The notes below the pieces were generated by a model. It was not told the DNA's origin. It did not search any database and saw only the letters and a program-made list of their open reading frames with translations. This document shows positions 1-10,900 of a DNA stretch of 48,248 nucleotides, piece after piece. The position numbers and the translations under genes were made by a program. Positions within the stretch are counted from its first letter, which is position 1; every line of letters starts with the position of its first letter. Source of the stretch: an uncultured Methanosarcinales archaeon (GTDB lineage Archaea; Nanobdellota; Nanobdellia; Woesearchaeales; CAYVYK01); NCBI GenBank assembly GCA_964455675.1, contig CAYVYK010000013.1, positions 1 through 48,248 of the forward strand, written 5' to 3'.

Positions 1-1
1 C

Positions 2-9
2 TTATATAC
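2..9 (+). promoter_or_regulatory. Archaeal TATA box for the CBS-domain gene
   Basis: TTATATAC about 23-30 nt upstream of the ATG at 32, consistent with a leaderless archaeal transcript. The BRE would lie outside the window. Confidence 0.5.
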
Positions 10-31
10 TTTCTTCACATATATCCAGCAT

Positions 32-451
32 ATGACCCTCATCAAGGACGTGATGACAAAGGAAGTGAACACTATTCATCAGGGCGCAACCTTGCATGCC
101 GCAGCCCTTATGATGAATCGTCTTGACTGCGGTCTGTTGGTCGTTGTCGAGCATGAAGCTTCACGGAGGCCCGTCGGCGTCATTTCCGATACGGACATCA
201 TCAAGAAAGTTGTCTGCCCAAGGAAGGATCCTGGAGCGATGTGGGTGAAGGATTACATGACGCAGCGGATTATCTCAACGACCCCTGATGAGACAATCAC
301 GAATGCCGCGGACATGATGAAGCAATACAAGGTGAAGCGGTTGATCATCATCAAGGATGGTTTATTAGAAGGCATCCTGTCCATGACGGACATCGTCCCT
401 CACCTTATTAATTACAAGAAGAAGCTTCTTGATATCGCGCTTGATTTCTAG
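32..451 (+). CDS. CBS-domain pair protein
   Basis: Two CBS repeats (IKDVMTKEV...VGVISDTDI; VKDYMTQRI...LEGILSMTDI). Its stop overlaps the convergent NAD kinase stop at 448-451 (CTAG). Confidence 0.9.
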   Translation: MTLIKDVMTKEVNTIHQGATLHAAALMMNRLDCGLLVVVEHEASRRPVGVISDTDIIKKVVCPRKDPGAMWVKDYMTQRIISTTPDETITNAADMMKQYKVKRLIIIKDGLLEGILSMTDIVPHLINYKKKLLDIALDF

Positions 452-1221
452 ATCACGAGTTTTCGAAGATAGTGTTTCGATGCCGAGAGCTCAAGCACTC
501 GTCCTGTGGCGAGCTTGAATTCCGGAGCGATCGAGTCTGCAATAATGACGAGCGGCTTTCGCGAGGGTGTGATGGTGATCTTTTCGCCTGGCTGCAGTGT
601 GATATTGTTGATGCGCGCGCTTGATAGTCGGTGCGTGTAGGGCTCCCGCACTTTCACCGAGAGCGCGCGCGAGGTCAGTTTTCTTGGCGCAACTCCCGCA
701 GATCCCGCCCACGCATGCGTTCCTGCTGCCGTGCTGATGATGACGCCGCTGCTTCGGTGGAATTCCTCCTTCGTTCCATGATTGATGAAATATCTTGAGA
801 CGAGGTATGCTTTCTCGCTTCCCACGAAGAATTCGTTGAGTGCCATGACGGGAATGAGTTTTCCGCTGATGCGCGCTTCCACGCGCGTGAGTGGAATGAT
901 CCTTCCTTTTCCTCGGAACAGTTGATGAAACAAAGGTTCAAAACGCTTCCCAAAGTCTTGGAGGAAGTATCCTTCTTTCGTCGCAGGATCCGTGTTGATC
1001 CCGATGATGGGTGTTTCATCCACGATGTGCCGCGCAGCGCGCAGGAACGTTCCGTCCCCTCCAAGGGCGATCACAAGATCATACCCGCGGATGGGTTTTC
1101 TCTTTAGTGTTTCGCGCTGGATGATACGGTAGCGTACCCGCTGCTTCTTGAGCATCTGTTCAACGCGAATATTCCATGGGCTCCTATGCCCGTACACGAC
1201 AAGTACGTTGGTAATGTTCAT
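448..1221 (-). CDS. nadK: NAD(+)/NADH kinase
   Basis: LGGDGTFL signature, PIIGIN, ALNE motif and SSGVIISTAAGTHAW (variant of DG..STPTGSTAY). ATGA overlap with the upstream nnrE stop. Confidence 0.88.
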   Translation of the reverse strand: MNITNVLVVYGHRSPWNIRVEQMLKKQRVRYRIIQRETLKRKPIRGYDLVIALGGDGTFLRAARHIVDETPIIGINTDPATKEGYFLQDFGKRFEPLFHQLFRGKGRIIPLTRVEARISGKLIPVMALNEFFVGSEKAYLVSRYFINHGTKEEFHRSSGVIISTAAGTHAWAGSAGVAPRKLTSRALSVKVREPYTHRLSSARINNITLQPGEKITITPSRKPLVIIADSIAPEFKLATGRVLELSASKHYLRKLVI

Positions 1222-1895
1222 GATCTCACGGCCATTAGCGGTTCTCGATACACAAAGCTCGCGTCATGTTGTGCGAGGAGTTCTGGCACGATTCCAATGT
1301 CTGCAACGTACATGCTTCCTTTAAATGTTTCTAATCCTTTCTTTGGTAGGCCCATGCAGATGATTACGGATGGGTGCACGCACTCATTAAATGATGGACG
1401 ATCCAAATCAAGTCCTGAGGGCACATCAACAGAAAATATTCTTTTTCCTGATGTATTCATCTCTCGTATGATGGTAAGGTATGGTTCCTTCATTGGCGGG
1501 CGGTAATTGATGCCAAAGAGTCCGTCGATAACGATGCTCGCCCGCGCGAGATAGGTGTCATAGGATTTCAGAATAATGATTCCCGTCTTTTGAACAAAGC
1601 CAAGCTGCAGGAGTGCGTCTCCCTTGGGTGGTTCAGGGACATAACACCCGACTTGGTATCCAAAGTTATGCAGGTGCCGCGCCGCACACAGCGCATCTCC
1701 TCCGTTGTTTCCTTTTCCTGCAAACACGAGGACTTTAGTGTTGCCGCGCTCTTCAGGAGGTACATGAGTGTTCACGGCAAGCATCACTCCGTATCCTGCG
1801 TGTTCCATCATGATGTGTCCCCCCACCAAGAAATCTCGTATCATGCAGTGATCGATTGACTGCATGTCTTCCCGTGATACGAATGGTACGCGCAT
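1218..1895 (-). CDS. nnrE: NAD(P)H-hydrate epimerase (stand-alone YjeF_N domain)
   Basis: MEHAG, GKGNNGGD, IDGLFG, SVDVPSG and ADIGI motifs. The ATG at 1895 is preferred over the TTG at 1901. Confidence 0.9.
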   Translation of the reverse strand: MRVPFVSREDMQSIDHCMIRDFLVGGHIMMEHAGYGVMLAVNTHVPPEERGNTKVLVFAGKGNNGGDALCAARHLHNFGYQVGCYVPEPPKGDALLQLGFVQKTGIIILKSYDTYLARASIVIDGLFGINYRPPMKEPYLTIIREMNTSGKRIFSVDVPSGLDLDRPSFNECVHPSVIICMGLPKKGLETFKGSMYVADIGIVPELLAQHDASFVYREPLMAVRS

Positions 1896-1920
1896 CGTCA
1901 ATAGTAGGCATTCATTCTTT

Positions 1921-4900
1921 TTAAGTGTTGGGTTCCGTCACATTGTCAAGGAACGATATGGGGAACTTGATCGTTGACAGGTTGATGGGCTTGCTGCTTG
2001 CATTGGTAACATTGAGTGGCAGGCTTGTCATGTTGTACATGCAGCACACTTTGTCGTCATAGCATGCGATGTTCGGATTTACTGTCTGCATGGGCGGTAT
2101 GCAGAACTTCTGGCACCGTCCTCCCTCCTTTTTGCATTCGTCTTCCTTCTCGCTGCTTCCGCCGCCACCACCGCCACCACCACCGCCACCACCACCGCCA
2201 CTGCCGCCGCTTCTACCAGGTTGTGCAGTGCTTGGATTTGTTGGTGCCAAAGGCTGTTCTTCAGGAGTCCCTCCTGATCCGGCAGTAGGAGGAGCGGGTG
2301 TTCCAAGTGCTCCCGCAACGCTTTCAGGAGTATTCTGTGCAGTTGCTGACGACTCTACTGAGGTATATTCATCGGTATCATCAAGGAGGAAGAGGAAGAG
2401 TGTGCTGAGGAGTCCTGATACTCCGAGATATGGCAAGAGGTTTCTCGCTGGCTCGCTCATTCCACGTCCGCCGATCGTGTCGAGGTCTGGTGCTCGATAC
2501 ATTTCCATTTTGCGCATGGCGTTCTCGAGCATCGTCCTTGTTTCTGTACCTCCAAAGATACCGATGAGTTCCGTGAATGCTTCCGGTACGCGCGCGACGT
2601 AAAACGCCCGGAATGCTTCTGCTTCTTTTGTTGGCGTGTCATCTGCAACCCAGCCTCCCTCATAGTGGTATGCGATCACGTCTCCTGGCATTCCTTCAAG
2701 TCGGTACTCCATCGTTCCTGCCTCTGTTGTTACCCCGAACTCGATGGCGTTATCGTCGATCATTCGTATCGCAACGGGTGAGACTGGCACTTGGGGCGTC
2801 ACTCCAGGTTCCTGTTCGTCAGCTGGTGGTTCTGTCGCCTCAGTTTCTTCTGTGGGTGGCACTTCAGGTTGTTCTAGATCAATCGTAGGGAGGAGGTCGA
2901 TGACGTCATAGATCATCATCCATTCCTGTGCTGTGGTGTACGTCCCTGATGCCCTGCGCGCGCGTTCTTGAAGTCCTGCTTGCGCAAGGTCCTCGAGTTT
3001 TTTCGTTCGCTCGTCTCCACTGATCGGCGTATACGGACCCATCATGGTATCCGCGTATTCTAGTCGTAGCGCTTCGCCATCGCGCACGAGCTGGTACCAG
3101 GTGTACGCTCCGCTCACGTCTTTTGCTGGTACTGTTAAGCGCAGCGGCGTGACAAAGACGGTTCCGAGATGCTCGATAGCTTCTTCACTCCGCGTTGAGA
3201 TGCGCAGTCCTTCAGGAATGCGAAGGAGCGGGATGCTTCCGTCAAGGGGTACGCTGATCATTTCCCCGGTGATTCGTGCATCATCGCCCTTGCTTCGGAG
3301 TTTGGCGGCCGCTTCCTCCATTGCGCGGATGCTGAGCTCTTTCTCCGTTGCGTCGACGGTTGCTAACTGTTCATCTTGAGGTAGCTCGGATAGCGAGCGT
3401 CGATACTCTGAAAATCCATGGACGTAAGCAAGGATATCATCAAATGCAGGCGTATCCTTCATCGCGCCCCACACGAGATCTTCGGCAAGTTTTCGCTCCG
3501 TGCTAAATACGCTGTGGCTGCTGTGTCCTCCATAATGGAGGTATCCATCCCTTATGGCAATATTGTAGAGGAATCGTTGAGCCCTCAGTTGCCCGTGCTG
3601 TTTTTGGTAGAGGAATCCTTCCTCGCCAGGTTGTCCAATGAGATGTCCTGGTGCGTGGGTGACAAGGAGATAGGATCCCTCCTTCATGTGCTCCTGCAAA
3701 ATGCCTAATGCTTGGCGCTGTTGTTCAACGGTGTAGTGCGGAATGATGAGGTTGCTTACGCGTATGATGTTCGCTTGTGAAAGGAGGTTGATGGTTTCCT
3801 CATTTGGCGCGAGGATATCGCCAACAACGACGGATTGAAGATCTCGCGGTATGATGTCAGGATTGATCTCGACGGCGTGGACTTCTGCCTTTCCAGCAAG
3901 GACTGCTTGCAGCTCTCGGTATGTTGGCGCGCTCGTGCCTGCATCGCTGCCTCCGATTCCAACGTCAACGACTATTCCGTTCTCTGGAACGAGTTCCTTG
4001 ATGACGCTCTGGCTTGCGCTTAGGCGTCCCGCGTACGTATAAACAGGATTTTCGGCGATGATGTCTGGTTGAGACGTCGTAGTGCGTTTTCGTACAAAGT
4101 TGACCAGGTCTTTTTTGAGGAAGTCCCTCCAGATGATGCGCATGACTGCCGCGGCTCTTCCAATACCATTTGCGTCAAGCTGTCCGTAGAGTGTTGCATA
4201 GTCTTTTCTTCGCGCAATTTCCTCTGCGGAGAGTTCATCTGTTGCGCTAACGCCTGCAAGTTTTTGCGCGGTCTGCCGCAGCTTTCGGAATGCTCCGGTA
4301 TCTAGCGCTCCAAGTGCATCAATTCGTTCGTTGAGCATTTCAGGTGTTAACGAAAAGACTCCCTCTGGTGTGTTGAGCCGTACGCGTAGTGTGCTTATGG
4401 CGTTTTTCACGGCTTCATTGTCGTGCGCGCTCGAGAGGTCTGGCAGAAGGATGTCTTCGAATACGGGATCTGCAAGTTTCTCCTCGTCAAGTACTGACTT
4501 CATGTCCTCCATCATTCGTGCGATCTTGCCCACCTTTGCGTACGTCATGAGATCGGGAAGTACGTCGGGATTGACAGCGCTGTCAGAGAAGATGACGCGC
4601 GCGACCATTGCCTGCTCTTTTGTGAGTTGGTACTGCGCAATAAGCGCTTCTATGAGCGCTGCGCGCACGAGCGATTCAGGTGTCGCTCCAATGTCTTGTG
4701 CGGTCTCTTCCAGGGTTTTCCCCGTTTCCTCGACCCTGTTTATGAATTCGGAGATCTTTTCGCTGTACATGCCTGCAAGCATGAGGATATTGTCTGATGC
4801 GATGGGTCTATCCTGGATCAGGTTTTTGCTTCGGAAATCTTCACGCAGTGCCCGAACGCCAAGAATGTTTGGTGATGGTGACTGCTGTTTTCGCTTCGCA

Positions 4901-7900
4901 AGGTTGACGTCAATAACGTGGGGTTGATGCATTGCGTCAACCATGATGTTTTGCGCATGGAAATCAGTGAATTCGTATCCTGCTGCGTTGACACGACTCA
5001 CCATTTCCTCAAGTTCCGTGAATGTTTTTTCACGCAAGGGTATGCCGTTTTTTAGTGCCTGCTGTAAGGTGATTCCCTGGACTGTGCCCATGCGGATCCC
5101 AACCATGACGCCGTCTTTCACGATGATGCCTTTGAATTCTGGCGTGTTGTCCGGCAGTTTCTCGTTCGCGATCTGGATGCTGTTTGCTTCGTCAGTTATG
5201 ACTTTTGACGAGGCTTTTTGATGGATTGCGTAGTACACTTTGTATGTGTCTCCGTTTGTTGCGCGGAAGGTAACGCCGTACGCTCCCTGTCCGAGGATGA
5301 CTTCGAGTTCCGTCCCGTCTTCCGAAGCGATGCGGCGTGCCAGATCAAGGAAATTCTTTTTTGAGGCCGTCGATTCTTTGTAGGCTGGCTCGATGCTGTC
5401 AAGAGTTGCGGGAAGTGATGTTCCCTGCTGTTCTCGAAGGAGTCCGAGCCGTTCGTATCGCAGTCTCCATTGCCTGACGGTGTCGAGCATGCTGATTGGT
5501 CCTTTGTCAACGAGCTGGGTATCGATGAAGTAGGGATTTCCTTTGTAGTCGATCATGATGTTCCATTCGCCAAAGTCGCCAAATCTATAGCCTGCTTTTT
5601 CTACTGCCCTGACCATGTCTTCAAGCCTGGCAAAGGTGCTTTCGCCGATGGGCAGTCCCTTGTTCTCAGCCTCAAGGAGCGTGATTCCATCGATTTTCTT
5701 CATGCGGTATCCGGCGACGTCGCCGTCATGCTCGAGGAGTCCGAGGAATCGCGGAGTGTTTGAAGGAAGCATTTCGTTGAGGAATTTGAGTGTTTCTGCT
5801 TCGGGTACTACCTGGCGCGTGAAGTAGGGAGTTATTTTGTATGCTTCCCCATTTGCCGCTGCAAGAACGACTCCTGATCCTCCCTGTCCGATGATTCCTT
5901 CGATCGTTGTTCCCTGGCTTATCGCGATGGCGTTCGCCTGCTCGATGAACGCGGCCATGTCTCTTCGGTCAATGGTTGTTGGCTTGAGGTTTTCGGCCGT
6001 GAGGGGTATGGGCTGCCTGATGAACCGTCCTCGTTCGCTGACGATGAGCCCTCGTCGCAGGAATTGCTCCATGGTTTCCTCCACCTGGCGTCTCATGGCG
6101 TCATAGTCTTCGTCGTCCGAATCAGTATGGAGTCCAACATCAATGACGTAGGGTTTTCCTGTGCCGTCTTCGATCATGATGTTCACTGGCTGGAAATCTC
6201 GCAGTGCGTACGTTGCGTCCGCCATGGTTTCAACGATTTTTTCGAGCTGGCTGAACAGGGATTCTGGAACGTAGATGTTGTTGTCGAGCGCTTCCTGCAA
6301 GGTTATGCCTTTCACTTGGCTCATGCGGACTCCAACGGTCACGCCGTCAGCCACGAGTGCTTTTTTCATTCGTGGAGTATGTTCGGGAATGATATCATTT
6401 ACTATCGCGAGGTCGTTCACGGATGATTCTGCGTAGTCCATGCCGTGCGTGTAGTGGATCTTGTATGCGTCTCCGTTTGCCGCGGAGAACACGATCCCAT
6501 ACCCTCCAGATCCTATGATTCCCGTGAGCGTTGTGCCGTCTTCTTCTGCAAATCGCCTCGCGAGGGATAGCACTCGTTCCTTATCCGCCGGAAATACAGC
6601 AGACCGGATTGCGGGAAGTACTGGTGGCGGAATTTCTCCTGCATAATGGAGGTATCCGCGCTCGTAGTTTCGTTCGGCGTAGTCGTTTGCTTCTATGACA
6701 AGGAGCGAAACATCGTCATCAAATGGCCGTCCGTTGCAGAATGAGTTTAATCTCTCGATAAGCCTGCGCTGCAATTCATCCTTCCCAAATTTGTCTTCTG
6801 AGAGGATGAGTTCGTCAGCGATTTCCTGCACAACGGTTCTGATGTCCGTTGCCTGGTTGAACATGACGCCTTCCGGATTGCGTGCTTCCGTGATGCCATC
6901 TGAATAGAGGAGCACCATATCTCCAGGATCAAGTCTGTTCGTCTGCACGGTTGGTGGAATGTCCATAATGCCAAACGGCGTGTTTCCTCCTTCGTCTGCG
7001 TCATAGTATTCCACGCTTCCGCTTGCTCGGATGATAAGGAAGCTGTGTCCCATCGTCGCGTGCCGCAATTCTCCGGTTGATGGACTGTAGTCCATCACGA
7101 TTGCTGGTGTCATGAGGTCAAATGTTGGTGACGCCTGCACAAGATCCCGGTTTACCCTGTCGCTGAAGGTCTCAAGGTCCTCTCCCCTGTGGCGATCCAT
7201 GACCGCTACTCCGATGCTTTTTCGTCGTACGACCGCGTCCTTCCCGTGGTCCTTGAAGTCAAGGAGTCCAAAGCGTATGGTGCCGTCTTCCTGCTGCTGG
7301 ACGAACTGGTGGTCTGCGGAAAGTTTTGTTCCCCCAATTTCACCGAAAGGTTCTGAGTAGCCAGTGTACGTGATTCCGGGAAGTGATCCTTCGCCATGAT
7401 AATCGCGCTCCATGCTGATGATGTCTTCGAGTGTGGGATTGAGTTCCGCGCCGATTCGTGCGTTTGTAATGCGCGCATGCGTCCGCATGTCGATCGCCGC
7501 AGCTGCTTGCTGGAGCTCTGCTCTGCTCGTTCCGATGATGATGTCCTCATGCCCGTAAAGCTCTGGATCAATGATGCTGGTGATCTTCGCGTCGAGTGTT
7601 TTTTGTTCTGCGAGGAGTTCTTTCTTGATTAGCTCGAGTTCTTCGACCTGCAGCCTGAGCGTGGTAAGATCAACACTCTCGTGAATATTGGGCACCCGAA
7701 GCTTGTTTCGGACTGCTCCTTCGATGGAGAGGACCGCGGTGAGCATTGCGTAGTAGCGTGCGGCGTAGGGCATGAGCGCATTCATGTTCTCGTGGTAGTC
7801 GGAGGTGATGGGGACGCTGCCTGATCCCTTGATGCGTTCTAGTGTTGCCCTGAGCGTCTCAAGCATTTCTTTCATGTTCTCGATTTTGAACTGTCCCTCG

Positions 7901-10900
7901 ATCCTGAGCCCTTCTGTGTATGTACTCATTTTTTCGAACGGACTTTCATGGGCGGTATAATCATCAAGGCTCCATACCGTGAGTTCTGCTTCATAGGAGA
8001 GGACCGCGTTGTCGTTGAGCACCTTCTTCACGGCTTTGGTCTCCGCCTCCGCTCGTTGTTCTTTCAATTCAGCAAAGAGCAGCTGCGCTCCAAGGATTGG
8101 CACTTGAATGATCGGCAGGGGATTTGCGTACGTGGTTCCGCCGCCAAGGATCCCCATGATTTTTTTGCGGATTGCCGTGCTCTCCTTCTCGTACGTGTCG
8201 GTGCGTCCGGCGCGTGTCAGGGCTTCTCGGATCTTGGTATGGATCGCATCAAGCGTTTCCTCGTAGCGTTGTATCGCGTCGGGCCGTGGATTTCGGAGGA
8301 GGAAGATCGCCCCGCAGTCTTCAAATAGTGTAGCTATCGTGCTCTTCTCTTCTTCTTTCGTGTAGAGATCTGCCATGAATCCGGTTGTTGCATCATAATT
8401 CACGCTGTATGGATTGATGCGGATGCTATGTTCTTCCGCAAAGGTGTACATGCTGACAAGCTGATCCCATTGACTGTCCGATACTTTGCCAATTTTTTCC
8501 TGAATTCCAAGGAGTTCGTCATTCGAGAGCTGTTCTCGGTTGCTGAGGCTATCAGCATAGAAATGCTTGCGCGAAACTGATTCTGTGACAAGGAATCCGT
8601 ATCCCGGTCCATAATCCTTGTGCGCGATATAGCGTGTGAAGAGCGGATTGTCTTTTGTCTCGATGACTCCCTGAATTATCGGGTCCATCTGCTCTTGGGC
8701 ACTTTCGCTCCAGTATGTGAATGAGACAACACCGTTATTTGTACTGAGTAACAGGTTGCCATAATTATTGCCGCCTGTCAGGGGTTCGTTCTTCTCGTAA
8801 TGAGCAACTCGTTCGTTGACGATTGGTTCAAATTCGGCCCACAACAGGCGGTAGTGGGCTTCCCTGACTTTTCTTGCGGTATCAATAGCGTACTCTTCGC
8901 CGAGGTGCCGAACGGCGTAGAAATGCATGCGTTGGCGTACTCCGTAGTCCGCGATGCGTGTTCCGTCGTAGGCGTCGTAGGTTCTCTCTTTCCATGTCAG
9001 TTCATGGGTGTTCAGGAGACCAGAGATTTGCGTGAATTGTTCGCTCGATAGTACTGGCAGATTGGTGGGTAGTTCCCGGGTTGGGAGATAGTCCGATGGT
9101 ATTTTTGACGCATAGTCTGCCATGCCTGGTACGACGCTCTTCCATCGCTCTCGTTTCGTGATGATCGGTTTTCCACCGGAAAGGTAATTCTCCCATTCTT
9201 GTTTTGTAAAAGACATATGTGCGTGTTCTGGATAAAGTCCGTGCGTGACAACATCGACTTCTACTTTTTCTGTGGCGTCGTAGCTTGTTCTCCATGCATG
9301 GATGAGGAACGTTTCTGTTTTCGCATGATAGGCTGTATGAGGGGTGATCTTCGGATCAATCTCCCGTAGGTACTGCACAAATTCTGGGCTTGTATAGAAT
9401 GAGGGTGCTGCCTGTGCCGTCACATCAATCCTCGTACTTTGCTTCACTCGTTCCCCATCGGATGATAGAATGATTTTGTGGGTGGCGCTGCCTTGGTATG
9501 GTCCTTCATACTGCAAGTATTCTCCAAAAAAGCGGCCATTCACATCGAGTGCAAAGATATCCCTGTATTGATTTGACTTCAGGTAGAGTGTTGTCATTTC
9601 CTCGGAGATTCCCCGGATAAGCGGATCTACAGGCATGAGGAGGTCTGGATATGCATCTCCATGTCGTGCCCTCATGATTCTCGTTGTGAGTGTTCGGACG
9701 AGGAGTTCTTTCTGCGCATCGGAGTCCCAAGAATCAAACATGCCGGTATTTAACGCCTGTAAAGCCCAAGGTTCGAGCGCAGGAGTAATTGCTATACCAT
9801 TTATGCGTGCAACATGAGACCCCACCTCTGAATGAATCTGCTGATCCATAAGGACACGAATTCTGGCATAGGTTTGGAGTCCCTCTCGCACAAGCGCCTG
9901 CCGTGGAGTATCGAGCTGCCGGTATGATATCATATCGTCAAGGCCTGAGGGCATGATATCAATCGTGTGGATGGGGTTCATTCCCTTTTGGATTGAGTAG
10001 GTCGCAGCCTCAACAATCTGTTCTTCTTTTTGCGGGGTTTCCGTTGTGATTTCCAATGGTTCTGTCGCATCGCTCGTGAGTTTTTTATTCAGTATTTTTG
10101 TTCCCCAGTTCATCAGTTTGATGCCTTCAAGACTGTCGCTGATCTTGTGGCGCTGCGTGCTCAAATAGTCGCGTGCCGAGCGATAGCTGGTCTTGATGAT
10201 TCGTTCAGCATCTTGCAGCACTCCAGCAACGGAATTCTTCACGATCCCCCATGCGTGCGTCTTGATTGCCTCCATTCGCTCGCCTCGCATGCTAGCGAAC
10301 ATTCCCGTGCCTTTTTCAAGATTGGCTGCCTCTGCCATGGTGTGTAATGTGGGTACTGCCCCAAGTATTCCCGTCGGATAGAGCCACATTCCTTGCGTAA
10401 GGCCTTTGAGCAGCCTTGAGAAATCGTCCCTTCCGTTGCCAAGATTCCTGCGGAGGATGAATGCGGATAGTTCGCTGAACTCGTTTTTCACAGGTCCTCT
10501 CTTCGCGAAGATTTCGTTAGCTCCGGTAATGATTTCCTCGCGCTGTTCATCAAAAAGTTGTGCTACGGTTCCCTGTTCTTCTAAGGCAGTCCGTTCAGAG
10601 TTCATATAGACCCGGCGCACTCCTTCATAAAAGAGCTCCGCGTCATGCAGCATGACGGATTTCAGGATGTCTCGCGCGCCCTGCTTCTGTTCTTCGTTGA
10701 TCCGCCCGACGAGTCCAAGGTCGATAAGATAGGTGTCCCCATTTTCGCCGAGCATCGCATTTGAGCCGTGAAGATCCGCGTGGAATACTCCTCTCGTGAA
10801 AATTTGTTCTGTGAGCATGTCTCGCAATCCGAGTTTGAGTTTTCCTGAGAATAATCGCCGGAAGAATCCAAGCCTTCCGACTTCTGTTCCCTGCACTCGT

